From contig JAYWIR010000053.1 in NCBI GenBank assembly GCA_036172245.1, positions 930,001 to 994,000 on the forward strand: a stretch of DNA of 64,000 nt, given 5' to 3'. Every line of letters begins with the position of its first letter. Position 1 is the stretch's first letter. The translations under genes and the position numbers were made by a program. Source of the stretch: Raillietiella orientalis (taxonomy: Eukaryota). Below, one piece after another: positions 39,001-52,600 of the stretch. Under the pieces are notes generated by a model. That model ran no database searches and had not been told where the DNA came from. It saw only the letters and a program-made list of their open reading frames with translations.

Positions 39001-40479
39001 TCCTTCTTCCCTGCTGGAACTCCTCTTCGGCATTCCGGGACACTGCCGTTCTTCCAGGAGCACTAGTAGGCAGATACCTCTCGATGCACTGGTGGATAAC
39101 CAGTGTCTAGACCAACCTCGATTCACTGGTAGGCAGGCACAGTCCACATCCACTTCGATGCACTGTTGGTATCCACCATCCTCCTGGACAGTTCCGCATC
39201 TCGGTGGCAAGACGAGGCGGCGTCTTTCCTACGCAGGGGTTTCCCGTAGGACGAACTCCGGACCACCGGACAAGAAAGTACGCGTCACGAATTGGGTTAG
39301 CTCTGGACTGCGAGTCCCTTCACGAAGGATGGCTGCGAATGGCAGCAGCCCTCCTGCATCTGGAAGACTCTCATCAGTAACAACTCTTTTGGCGTTTCTT
39401 CCACGCCGCAGGGCCTCTCGACCGTTGGGCCACTGGCGATGCTACATGGCACTGAGCTGCAACTCGCAATCTCGCCCAAAAGGTGAAACAGTGGCATCCC
39501 ATCTCTCTGCAATGATCAGGGTGTCCTGAACTCCATCCCGAAATCAATCGCCCCCTGCAGAGACCCGCTCCCCGCTCACTCTCCTTGATTTGCGGTGCAA
39601 GTGATCCGGGAGCCGGTGATCCACCTCCCTCTTAGTGCAAGTGACCCACGTATAACACGGATCCGTATGACGCAACAAGAGAACGGCAGCTGTTCTCGTA
39701 TAACGCGGTGAATCTGCCTCTTAAAAATTTCGTTACTGCGATCAGTTGAGCTGCTTTCGAAAAAGGCACTTTGCCCAAGAACACAGTATGTCAGTAGTCT
39801 GCATTCTGTTCTTTTCCATTTTTGTGAGCAAGATGGTGCAAGATAGATTTTTTAACAACGAGGATGATTGAGATTAATCTATGGGACTGTCTGAAGTAAT
39901 CTAATGTCAGTAAATCTCCAAAAAATATATGTATTTTTTTTTACTCCAGGTTCACAATAAACGTGAAGTCCATTTCTTTTTTTTTTTTTTGAGCTGAAGT
40001 GATGAATGGACATTTCGCAGGTTCAGGGAACAGTTGTCATTCTCCATAAATACCACCTCATCATCCACATAACCCAAGGGGCTCGTATCACGCTGCTCTT
40101 ACCCTCCTGGCTTATAGGGTAGTCCACTGCATGTTGCGCGAGTTGACCTTCCTATTTTGTTTTTCTGGGATGGATGTGATCTCAGAAGCGGTCGGAACGT
40201 AGGGCGGTGCCTGTCCCACGGATGACGCAGGCAACCCTCACCATGGGGGTCTGGGATGCTGACGCGAAGGGAAGCGGAAGAGTTCGAGGCAGGACAGTGG
40301 AAGAACGCCCTACGCTGACGAGGGAGTCTGATAGGTGTCCAAGCAGGAGGCTGCGTCCCTCGTACCCATACAAGAGCCTGTCAACTGCCATGCGAACCAA
40401 TTCCGTCGCTGTTCAACTAACAAAACCGTCCAGAATAGGAGCATGTAGCGGGAGACGTCTCTAATCTTGGCATATACTG

Positions 40480-40780
40480 GCTACTCACCGCATTCAGGGA
40501 AAGTGAAAAAACCAAATACCGCATACCTGCCAAATGTGCCTGCCACCTACCGCATACTGAGAGCTCGTATTTACCACCTATTGTATGTCAAGAACGTGTA
40601 TCTGCCATCTACCGCACACCAGCAAGGCGCACCTAACACCTACCGCATGCCAGGAATGTGTATCTATCCCTTACCGCATACCTACCACCTACCGCATACC
40701 GGCGAAGCGCCCTACTACCTGCCACATGCCGGGAAGGTGTGCCCATTACCTAGAGCATACTGGGTATGTACACCTACGAG
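40480..40780. repeat. Degenerate minisatellite, ~30-31-bp period, core CACCTACCGCATAC
   Basis: A taccgca(t/c)-like core recurs about 9 times at ~30-bp spacing. Confidence 0.8.
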
Positions 40781-40789
40781 CTACTGAGT

Positions 40790-43500
40790 CTCTCGAGTAT
40801 TCCAGATGGGCGGAGGCAGAGACCTCATCTGGAATATTCGAGGACCTCTGGAGTTCCCACCGTGAAGTTTCTTGAGGGGGACGGAGGCGAAAATGTGGGG
40901 ATTCTGGAGGAGAAGCCGTTCGAGTAAAGCGGACGCGCCTTGCCAGTCCCTGGCCGACGAGTTCCGCGACTCTCTGGCAAGAAAGCGCGTCCTCTTCAGG
41001 GAAGCCGGGGGCGGAACATCATCTTCGACGTTCTCCTGCTCATCTCGGTGGACGCTGCGTCGCTTTCTCAGGAGTCTGGCGTTTTCAGAGAGCAGCAACA
41101 AAACGCGCTTGAGCCCCTGGCGTTTCACTTCGGGGCTTCCGCGTTTTCCCGTTTTTGCACCATTCGTCACCTATATCCCGGAGATCTGAAGCTTACGAAA
41201 GACCCGGTGGACACGCTCGCACGTAGGCTTGCTACGCGCCACCTCATCCCCTCGCGCGCCCTTTCTATCACGCTGAAATGACTGCCTTACTCTCAGTGGA
41301 GCAGCTGCTGTTTCCCCTTGCACTCCTGTTTTTGAACAGCTCCCGGCCGTGTGGAATCTCTTTGTGCCCAAGGCGCTGACCTGGCTGAGGATTAACGGTG
41401 AAGGTGCATGTCATCGCCCTCCCCGCACGTTTGGGCGCTGTCTTTGCGTTTTCCAGGAACTTTCGTTCCTGTGTGCACATCGGCATCTTGTTGGTGTCTT
41501 CCTCTTGTCCCTCGTCGGTGCTTTGATGCGCCAAACCTGTATCCCTGCATTCTCTTCCGGCTGCAGGAGAGCAGCTTCCGCGATGCCTATCCTCTTCTCA
41601 GCAGGGGACTTCCGAAGGCTGTTATGCATAAAGAAGCATGGGAGTATCCCCCCACGTTCCATGAGAAACGATGAAAGTTCTTAGTGGAATGCTGGGAACC
41701 CTGCAGCTCTTGAAAACAGGTGCTTCGAAACGGACTCCAGGCAAGTCTTCCCCTCGAGCTGCCATCTTTAGGAAGGCATTTTTTTTTAGGAGAAGGACCA
41801 CAGAAGATCCTTTTGTGCACGGAAGAACCGACCACCGACCATCCTGGAGGCTTTACTCTCAGTTGTCCAGCATCTTTGTCGCGGTAGTCGCCGCTCGTCT
41901 CGGGCAGCAAGAATTTCTACATCTCCTGGAACTTTACCCTGATTTCCTCGAGGTCCGCGGTCTCCTGCGAGCTTATTGCCAGGACTCAAATGAGAATCTC
42001 GTCTCACTGACGTCCAAGACGATACGAGGGTTCGTATATGCCATAACGTCTGTTCCTAACTTCTTCCTGGGGAGAGGGGGGGAGGAAGTCTCACAAAACC
42101 CTTTAACACTGTCCACTCCACCCTAGAGTGCGTGTGACTCTTCAAGTTAGGATGTAATCCAGAAGGGACTACCCTGTGAATCCAGGAAAGCTCCGGAGGA
42201 AGGCGTCTGTTCCTCTTGTGCTTGATAGGGGAACCCCGCAGCGAATCCTTACCCTGGTTGTCTCCGAATGGAATTCCGAAGGGAACCAACTCTTCCTTAT
42301 TCTCTTCAATTTCTCGACACTGTTCCAACTGCTGGCGACAAACCGCATCCTTCGAATGACACCCTCGCCCTCCGGAAGAGAAGACGGAACTCGCAATGCA
42401 GCTTCCTGGAAATTCTGGTGATGCCCGCATCCACTGTCCTCACCAGGGACGGCTGGAACTACATCCGGATGTTTTCGAGACATTCCGAACCATGGCACGA
42501 CCGTGCAGTTATCACGAAGCGAAAGAAGCACCTTCTCATGACCACATCCCAGCTCATGGATCGCCAATCCGGGAGTCACCTGCCGGATTTTCGCAAGCAG
42601 GGACTGATGCCGATTGCAGCGACCTGACGAATCTGCGTCCGGCCGTCCCAGGGAAGAAAAGGAAGCTGTTGCCACCTTCGACGGTTCCTCTTCCTGTTCG
42701 AATGTTAGGGCCACTCCGATTTGCCACAGATAGCCGGAATCCACTGCGTGGGGACGCCCTCCGGCACGCATACACTCATACTGAACGCATACTCGCGACG
42801 TTTGAGTAACACACGTGTACGGCATTTGGGAATTGCTGTGTCGTGTCGAGATCGTGCGTTGGTAAGCAGGAAGGAGGAACGGAGGGAAAAAAACAATAGA
42901 CAATCCGATTACCACTGCTAAACGTGGCGGATATGCGGTGCCGTTCGATATTAAACGGAAGCAAACAAAGGATTTCCATGTGGACAGGAAATCAATACCA
43001 CTTTCAGGAAGTACCAGGAGAAATTAGCAAAAATAATCTCAAGGAGCGTACGACGAACAGCTTTTTGCTGAAACGTTCCCGGATATTCATCTGGAGTTCT
43101 CCGGGAAAGACATGACGCTATTCTCCAGGGTGCCCACGATACACAACGATATCGTTGATAAGACACAAGCTAATTTCTCAAAGTTTATCCCCCTTTCCAC
43201 TCCGCTTCGAGTGAATGCTGCCTGGATGATGAATCGTTCCCGCTTTCCCGACTTGCTCACACCAGCTGAACTTGAGAGTGAGCTGCACCAGGGCGAAAAC
43301 ATCTGCCCTTTCATTTTTCCTTCTTCTTCGGCCTTCCACAACTCGCTTCAGGTTTGCTGTCTCCTCCTGCCAACAGCCTCAGAGCGATCACAAATTTCCC
43401 GAGAACGAAATGCGGAAGTTTCAAGTTGCAGGTAGCCTCGAACGAAACGAACTGGAGCATCGTGTTTCCGGGTCCGTTCTTGATGGACGGCTCTCGTCAT
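40790..43500 (-). pseudogene. Decayed LINE ORF2 (APE-RT) interrupted by a SINE
   Basis: TNGAKTGKRGSPEVKRQGLKRVLLLL...ENVEDDV corresponds to NGxxT..GVRQG..YADD. Upstream are DRKGARGDEV (DxxKAFDxV-like) and RFFRAQKDLL. Confidence 0.55.
42060..42330 (-). mobile_element. tRNA-derived SINE, 3' part
   Basis: ccctgtgaatccaggaaagctccggagg is the reverse complement of the family core, with gaattccgaagggaac sub-repeats. Confidence 0.75.
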
Positions 43501-43659
43501 CAATCAGAAATGTAATCGACAAAAATGAATGAGCTGCCCCATTTTTCCCGTGATCGATACTAAAGACTGCTTGCTGTAACTAGATTGTGCAGACTAACGG
43601 TTTGATGATGCATTAACGTTTAAATCCAAAGCGATGATCCGGTGCTTAATGGTCTGACC

Positions 43660-44338
43660 TTTCTTTTTTGGTTTGACAAGTCCTAAAAACCGTCCTCCTC
43701 CTGAGGGGGGTTCACGAGGGTTTTAACATGGTTCACGCCACCCGAGGGTGCGCATGACTCTGCAAGTTATGGGGGGTAACCCCAGAAGGACTTCCCTAGA
43801 ATCCAGGAAAGCTCTGGGGAAGCAGTCAGTTCCTCTTTCTCTTGGGAGGGAATTCCGAAGGAGGGGATTACTCCTCATTTCTTCTCCGGAGAGAATCCGC
43901 AAGGATCTGCTTCTGGTTTCCTCCTCTGAAGAAAACCCCGAAGGACGCTTCCAAATTTTCTCTAAAAGATCACTCCCCCAAGGGAGCAGCTCACTTCTCT
44001 ACACTCTGGAGAGGTATTAATCAGCTAGCTCCATGACAGTCGATGAAGGATTCTTTTCGAGGATGAAAACGGCTCCATTCGCACAACCGGAGGGTTCCCT
44101 GATTCCCGGAAGGACTTTGGAAAGTCGGCTTACGATCCTGACCAGTCAACGGGGCATCCGCTTTTCCTAGTGCCACCATCGAAACCCATGAGCCAACCAG
44201 CGTCATCCTTCGGGGAAGGATAGAGATTCGAAACCCACTACCTTCCATTCTCAGCGTCCTTTTTTCCTCGGACGGGATTCGAACCCGCGACTTTAAGTGC
44301 CATGCGCGGAGGCTGCAACCACACTCCGCCAACGCGGT
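43660..44338 (-). mobile_element. tRNA-derived SINE, full length, best-preserved Pol III promoter
   Basis: Minus-strand A-box TGGCGGAGTGTGG (44319-44331) and B-box GGTTCGAATCC (44275-44285). The body is homologous to the other copies and ends in aaaccaaaaaagaaa. Confidence 0.85.
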
Positions 44339-44789
44339 TTCTAACTTTAGCTGCGACCGTACGCATTGTGTTTTTGCCAAAATGCATGAGGTAGGCAGCT
44401 CTTTCTGCCGCATGTGGCGGCAGCAATCAAACGACCACGGGTCGAATTGGCAATGTGGCCCTTTGTTTGCGCTGTTTGTCGCCAGCCTGAAAACCCGTTT
44501 CGGCACCATTGAGTATGACTGCCCATCTGCCGCGCGTGAGAATCTTGGCGAGCATTAATAGAGATCTTCATCTTTGCACCCTTGCTGCTGCTTAAAGAGC
44601 GAAGGCAATCTCGACGGAGCGTCGAAATCGTCTTCAGGAGATGATCCCTCTCGTGGGTGGAGTTAAAAATTTCGATCCGCTTGGATCAATCACAATTCAA
44701 TCGGTTCCAGTTCATCCGAGCGAGAACTCTTGGCGAACTCAACATAAGTTCGCCACCTAAAGTACTCTTTGTCGAAACGTTACCGAGCT

Positions 44790-45010
44790 TCAGCCAGACA
44801 AGGCCACGGGTTCAAATCCCCTCGTAGAGGATCGATGCCGAAATGGGCGCGTCGTGGGTTTCCTAGTTCCCCCGCTGGTTGGCCTCTGTTGGCTTCTAGT
44901 GCGGCACTGATGGAAACCAGATGTCCCTGTTGACTGGCCAGGATGGAATTCGACCCTCCAGGTTCCTTCCAGGAACCTTTGAGGGTTCTTCTCGTGTTGG
45001 AGAAGAACTG
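44790..45010 (+). mobile_element. tRNA-derived SINE, 5' fragment
   Basis: B-box GGTTCAAATCC at 44809-44819, followed by gatgccgaaa, cgctggttgg and gatgtccctgttgactggcc. Confidence 0.7.
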
Positions 45011-45012
45011 CT

Positions 45013-46680
45013 TGCTTAATGGTCTGACCCTTTCGGGTCAGGCCAAAAGTACAGAAATGGTGGATGGGAGGGACAGTGAACAGGTAAATAAAGGAAGGGT
45101 AGGAACAAGGGACGTTGGTTTCGGGCCGTCGCTTCATTCTGGAACCGATTCAGGGTGCCGGCGAACTTCGTGTTGATCTCCTCTTGCGGGTAAAGTCCTC
45201 TCGCAGTCGCCCTCATGTAGGTGGCTGCCATGAGGGCGACCTCCCTACGCTGCGCTTGACAGTCCAACGCATTATGGGTGGTGACGATGGCGATGACGCA
45301 GCATACCGTTATGGTCACGGCGCCTTTCAAGAGTGCGCCACACGCGAAGGTCCTTCGGCGATGTCATCCTATTGCTGGAACGATGAAGACACCTCCTCCA
45401 CTGTTCGTGAAAGGCACCGCAGCTGATGGCATCAGGTGTAGAGAACCTGCAACAGTTCGAGGATGCTGTTCATGCTGTTCTCCTGGTTCCCAGGAGTCTA
45501 CGTTGGTTGCACGAGAAAGTCCAGTGCAAAACCAGCAGCACGTCCTGTTTTCACCTCAACGGGAATACCGAAATCCTTTTTGGATTGGTTTCCTCAAACG
45601 TCTACTTTCGGTGAGAAGAGTAAAATTAAACGTGTTTTTTTAAAGGGAGGCATGGGGCATCCGAAACCATGGCTCCGCTCTTCCAGCGCTCGCAGCCATT
45701 CCTCAGCATTGAATACCGAGCGTACTGCTTGTGCAGAAGTGATGAGCTGAGATCGCCGAAGCAGTGAGAACACAGAAACTGGCATTTTGTACGGATGAGA
45801 AGATATATCCTAACAATCTGAAGCAAGGAGAACTCGGAACCTGGCATCCTGAGCGACGAGAATGCAGATTCTGATATTGCCAGAACATGTAAGTTGACAT
45901 TCTGAAACAGTGAGAACGTTTTTGATACTTCGATGCTCCTCGTAGGTCCCCATATGTTGATGCCATGAGGATTCGTGAAAAGTGTAAATAGTTTTCATGC
46001 AAACCTACCTTTGCTTCCAACCTTTTTATTTCACGGTGCGCGTTCTCTTATTTGTGTATCTCTGTGTCTTCATTTTAGATTAGACGTTGAGAATAGTCTG
46101 GAGTCCTTATGAGCCTGATGCACCATCTCTTGCATGTGGGGATTTCCTGTACTTGACTTTGCTTCTTGAAGCAGAAAATCAGATCAGCTCAGGAGCAACT
46201 AATCGAAATTCCATTTCCCCATGCAGCTGCCGCGAGCGAACACCTTGAAGTTCTCAAGGTCTCAACATGGCGTTCCCACGAAATTCCATGCACCTTCAAA
46301 CACACGAGGGAAGTTGAGCTGGTTCCACCACATGTTCACCACTTCCCGCACTCGTTTCTCCAGCTCAGTCGGAAAACAGTCCCTCTGAACCTTTCACATG
46401 CAGCTTAGGAAGTTTGGGAGTCGCCGAGGCCGCCCATTCTGGTCAGCCAACTCCATCCACTAGGATATATGTCTCAGACACGAGAACTTTTTCCAAACCA
46501 CCGGAAGTCAAGCAGACTTCTGTAGGCAGACTCCACAATGATGAAAGCAGTGAGATTGAATACTTGCTACAGATTCGCCTTTCTTTTCTTTCTTCGGATC
46601 GAGAGACTGTGCATTTCTTATAAAAAATGACTCCCGTTCTCGTTCCTTAGAAGAGCTCTTCTCGAAAATAAAACACTTCT
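45013..46680 (-). mobile_element. Decayed LINE 3' half with a terminal GAAA-tetraloop hairpin
   Basis: DFRWFGKSSRV...RMGGLG (46420-46510) matches the L1/Tx1 post-RT FxWxGKxxRV...GGLG motif. It ends in TGGCCTGACCC-GAAA-GGGTCAGACCA. Weak RT relics (RGLIPLLP near 48330) may extend it to about 49000. Confidence 0.55.
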
Positions 46681-49600
46681 GTTCGCGCTAGCGTCCTCGG
46701 GAAGAGATGGTGACGGGCCTACATGGAGACCTCAGGAACCGCCGTGGAGCAGGATGCTAGCGAGACGGAAGAAAGACGATAGGCTGCGAGACGGAGAAAC
46801 AAGTCGTGTACGTAGGGGGTAGGTGGAATAGGTTCATTTGCTGTCTTGTGGACCGCTTTCCCCGCTGTTCGAGATACTGATCACCGGGAATATGCAGGAA
46901 TGGATCTTCGGCTGGTCCTCCTCTTCCCGAATGGTTGCGCGCTCCGGCGGCTACTCAGCCAGTTTTCGACTCCTCCATTCCGAGCACGAGAAGGCGCGCT
47001 GCTCTCTCCATCGAAGATGCCGGGTTCGAAGACCCATTTCCAGGACAAGTCCTGGAGCTGCAGCAGGCTGGCGAACGAGCGATGGCTGATGAGCAACAAG
47101 ATGTCCTTCATGAGCTCCCTGTCAAATATCCGCTGGGCTGTCTGAACCCATGAGAACCAACCTCTAGGAGAACCGTGGAGACGGTGGTCAGTAAGCCAGC
47201 ACTGCCGGTCTGTTCGTCAGCCACCCCCTTCTCCGCAGCGGCGCACTCCACTTCCGAGACCCATGGCACTTGCCTACAGGCAAGGCTGGAGGTTTCCTGC
47301 GAAATTTCGGGCAGCGGGAAACCCCCAAGTGGCTGGACTGCGCGCCAGCTCGCTGACGCAACAAGAGTAACCTCTCCTGGGAGACTTGATTGCTAAACCC
47401 TAGAGGAGCTGGAGGTACCCTCGGTGATCGCATAGAACTCGTGCCTCAGGTGGCAGCAGTCCTCGCTGCTGACGTTGCATTGGCCGCGTCGCTACCGCTG
47501 GGCGAGTCGGAGCGTCAGTGCCAACTGAGCCAGGTGTGAAAAGAATAGGAACCTTCCCCGCCTGCTCGAGACGTGAGTTGCCCTGAGGGCATTATGAGAG
47601 CATTTCTCCCTTTCCCAGTGGGCAACCCAGTAAACATTGCGAGAGACCTCTTTGTGTAAAGTGCCTGCTGCCGCCGTCGCAGCGTAGCGCTGTCCACACG
47701 GGGTGTTCGTGTCGAAGAACGATGCCGAGAGGACGGTACGATAGGGGAACCACCACCCTCTTCGCCGCCACCCGGTTCCTTCCGATCTCGGTGAAGTGGA
47801 ACCACCCGCCAAGATACCCTTCTCTCTCCTTCCAATTCAAGCAGAAGGCTTCTTACTTTCATTTTCTAACCCCCTGCGTGGTAACGGTCCAAGCGAGGTG
47901 CAATACGTCTGCCTGCGAAAAGACACGTGTGCTCGTCATTCGCTGCGAGAGATCATGTGCCGCCCGCGAAAGACTTCGTCAACACTCTTTGCTTTATTAC
48001 TTCTTCCTTTAAGGCAAGCGAGGGACAGTCCCAATCCGGCAAGCTGGGAAGTGACGTGCTGCATTGCAGCCAAAAAGAAACTTCTGGGTGCGTGGAAAAC
48101 TCGAGAGATCACGGGCGCTGCGACGCCGTGTCTCACCCCGAGGACTTGTACGCAAGGGCGAGCTGCTCCCATTTTTCTGAAGGACATGAATTGGCTTCAG
48201 TGAAATCCGCCCCCTCAAGTGGCAGGACCTGGCGTTGCTGGTGATGCATGGGGGAATCCCATGCAGAGCGCGCGCCCTCACCAGTGGACACTTCATGTAA
48301 AATTTGGGTAAGCTTGCGGGAGGAGAGGAATCAGACCTCGGGTACGCAGCATTTGGAATGTGTACGAGGAATGATCGCACGTATTGGAACAATCCCAGAG
48401 ATTTCGCTTCGGATTTGATTTCATTAATGAACTGGATTCACTTTCGTAAGGAGACCGGAAAGACAATGGTGGAAATGGCATATAACATTCCTCCCCCGGA
48501 AAAGTCGTGGCGTGGCTTTTATACAAAGTGAATCCATTTCATGGCAATAAAACATGTCTGCGTATTGCTGTGAAGTCTCAGATTTCTTACGCCTTTCATA
48601 ACATGGAAATTCGATTTCATATTGAAGAAACTGCATTTATCTTCCTGAGATTGGAGACAACTTCTCTTTTTGAAACTTATCTTTCCCTTATCGCACGCGC
48701 ATGCCTGAAGTCTCTGCATGAACGATCGGGAACCCGTTTCCCGAAAAAACACATTTCCCTGTTCCCAGCCTTTCCGTCTATTTATGAAGGGCTCTTTTTC
48801 ATCAGAGACTTTCGGGGACGCTTCAGATGCGAGCGAGAGCTTCAGATGCCCTTCTCTATCTCGGGAGTAGGGAGCGTTTCGGATCAGCAATACCAAGTGT
48901 GAAAAATCATCGAAATAGAAGGTTCCCAAATGCCTTGCTCTTGCGTTCCTTCAAGAACTCAGTTGAGATGGAATCGTTTTCACTTCGGAGAATCGTTTTC
49001 ATTTTTTTTAAATCATCCGTGTCAAGACAATACCGTGGAAGCACATTTAGGCTAGATTGCAAGAAATCAGCCCTTCACCGATTCATCTGATTAGTCTCCT
49101 CGGAAGGGTCTTTCTCGTAGCTACAAAGTACCAGCATCTACAAAGGAAGCCAACTATGACACTCAAAACCTTCAAAGTGCACCCTGAAGCATGCCCTTCT
49201 AGAGCACAACACCTCAGAAAGAATGTTATGGAAATTAGGAATACTTTGGTAATCTTTCATCACAGACTTGCGTGTCATAGAAGCATTATATGGTTCTGTG
49301 ACACCTAGGGAGTATTTACCACAGCTACATGGTGCAAATCAAAATAATCATCAGCATTACTATATGATCACCACTTGCGGCACCTCAGTGAGAACTGATC
49401 ATGTGCATCCAGAGCACCACTTTCACTCCCAGTGCTCCACATTTCAGTCAGATATCATTTCCTTCTCCAATCCAAAGAATCTACCTACTAAGAAAACACT
49501 CAACATGTATTTATAAACAAGTATTTGGTTGAAAATCAAAAACATGCACACAATAATAAGATAGAAAACGGCAACCTTTTTAAAGGAAGCGACAAAATAT

Positions 49601-52600
49601 TCCCAGAACTAAAATTACCACCTAAAACAATGATTTAAAAAAACATGAGCATCTTGCAGTTATCATGACACATACAAAATTTTCTGATAGTCATTAGTCA
49701 TCACCTATGCAGAATCACTTGCATGCATACCCCCCTCGTACACAAACTCATGATAATCTAGTCTAATATAGGATGCCCCAAACTTTATTCACTAAGGTTC
49801 AAAGAATAACATTTAGCCTTTATTAGTAAGTTTCTTAAATGTTAAAGATGTCCCAAGAAACATACAAATTGCAAATGCTTCACTCACATTTAAGAGTATC
49901 CATTCAGAACAATCAAATTTTAGAACTGAAGTTTTCCAATTTTTTCTCTTTACTTCATTATGATAAACAATTACCAGGAAACTTTCATTTGATTTTAATC
50001 AATCTTAACAAATATATATATTTATATATCTTTTTGCATAGAAGATATTTTTGCACTTCAAATCTCTGGATTCCCATCTGCTCTTTTCTTATAAAATCTA
50101 TTCAATACTCAATAAATCCAACATCAAACTATGCCAGCTGTTTCTCTCAATTATTTTCCAGCTTCTTGGCTATTTATTTCTGCTATAAAAATCCCACGAA
50201 ACCATCAACACATCATCAAATAAATCTAAATCAGATGGATTTGCAACCATAAAATGTTTCCAACATTTACTCCAAATGCTTAGATTACTTCTTAAGAAAA
50301 TACATACTTTAACAGTTTGCAACATCTTTCACATTCCATTTGCGCCAACTCAAGAGCAGAAGCACAAGGCATTAGCTTTTTAGCTTTCGTATTCCAGATG
50401 AACACTAAGGAAAAGTCAGTATTGCAGTATTTCCACTTTGTATACTGTACATGAACAATGAGTTCATGGCTTTAGCTGCTGGAGGATGTGCTAACACACC
50501 ACATCAAAGCATCTTCTCTCATGAATTCCACAATGAAAATCAATGCATTTACTGTTCGCCATATTTGTTTTCAGCTGACATTTTTACTTACTATGAAACC
50601 ATGTACTTATCTCCACAAATTACCATGTTGCAGTGATTTGTGAATACAGAAAGCATAAGCATTAAGGTAAATAAGAGGTGAATAAGTGAATATATGTTAA
50701 ATACATCAATATTTAACATACGTACCCTTCCAGCACACTACCAACATCGATAAATGGTACACAGTCAAGAGACAACAATTAAGTAAATTAACCAAACTTT
50801 TCAACATATCATTTCAGAATTACAATTCAAGCATGGCCTAGCATGAAATGCATAAATCACTGGCATTTTCCTCTATTATACTCATCTTAATTATCCTTTT
50901 GATGTATAAATATGCAAGTCAAGAATTTTCCCATAGCCAGCAATTACAAGAAACTCAAATATGGATGAAATGTGAATCACATCCCATCTAGGATAAGGAA
51001 GCAATAGCATCAATATACTTATTTGTTGTCTTAAATTAGCATCACAACAATTCTCCTTTTATGAAATAGCAGAAAATTTACTGAGAGCATAATAAAATTT
51101 TAAGAAAGGACAACCAACTCTGAAATGACTGATGAGACTATTCCAATAGTGCATGTTGTAAGGACATCATTAGTGTCACTGTAAAGTATGGAAGAAACAT
51201 AAAAAAATTCCTCCAAAAAACAACCAAAGTAATTCATGTTCTTGAGAATCTTCATGTTCTTGAGTCATGCTCCTTAATATAGACATTCTGATTATAGAAT
51301 GAACATATGTAGACTTAAAACCAGTTCTGAACAATTAAATTTGAGGAAAACAAAAGTATTCTGTAATATACAGTTCTTTAATTTATTTGATTTTGAAAAT
51401 TATGTAATATAACGCTGCTTTTGCTTGGCATGAATGATGAACAGCTTCCAGATGCACTTTCATTTTTATGGACATTTCATTCCTGCTTTTGCAATCATTC
51501 TGAACTGTTGCCATTATTTTAATAATAAATGCAGTTGCTGACAACATTGCCGTATTCTAATTATTCACCAAAAAACACACTTTCATACCACTTTTGCAGC
51601 CTGTAAACATACATCCTAAATGCTATATCTATCTTTAGACATCACTCACTTTGAAATTAATCTTATCAAAACCAATATAAACATTTGGAACCTGCACAGG
51701 ATTAAAGTAATGGTCTTTAAGGCCATTCCTTCTTTAAAGGTATTGGTAGAAAATATGTTCGTATTTTCTGTTGGTTTGCTATATTATTTATTCCTCTTGC
51801 TAAAATGACCAATGTCTAATACTTCATGGAAAACAGAAGGCCAAGAAATTCTCTGGCACATTGCGTGCTTCAAATTCATTTCATGTTACGAGTATTACTT
51901 CACTATTGCTCACAATTTCTACTGCAAACTACCCAAATTTGAAACACTAAAATTGCTTTGCATTACCACAGCACTGATAGTAACCAGGTTTCTACTAACA
52001 ACTGCCTGTTAAAACAATTCCCCAGTTATTTGAGGCTCCAGTGTCTTGATGAAGTAACAACCAATTCCACCCTAATTTGAGGGTTTTCAATCCGGCAAGC
52101 AATGGGATAATTGAAGTCAGTAAACTAATTCGAAAACTACAGATATGGATGAAAACAGAACAAAACAAATTAAACCAGAATTATCCACTTTTCATATGTT
52201 CCTTCCTTATCAGAGATTTAGCGCCAGAGGGAATGCCTCTTCCATGAATTCTGACTTCCGAACGAGTTTCCGCATCTTGGTTGGTATCATGAAATTCCTT
52301 CTCTTTGACTTCTGCCTTTTTTTAATATACATATTCATTCAAACAGCAGTCCCTTTGATTCTACATGTGGTACTTGCTGATGGATTTGAAGCAAAGCACT
52401 TTTTCCATGTTGTCCAAAATGGGTGGCTTGCACATGGTTACCTGAGACGCACTGCCTCCTTCCTACACTGAAATATTCCATATCCATACGAACAAGATTC
52501 ACCAACTCTTAATTAGTTTAGCTGATCATACTGGGTGTAGTTGGTTCCCTTGAATCCCTTCCTTCCAGTTTCCTTCCCAAGTAGAAAGAGCCCTTTCTCA

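Noticed and set aside
40480..40780. CRISPR-like repeat/spacer periodicity
   Set aside because: The period is only ~30 bp, the repeats are degenerate, the linkers are related to each other, no cas genes are present, and the context is eukaryotic.
44268..44338. tRNA gene
   Set aside because: A and B boxes are present, but there is no convincing acceptor or anticodon stem, and it is fused to a repeated SINE body.
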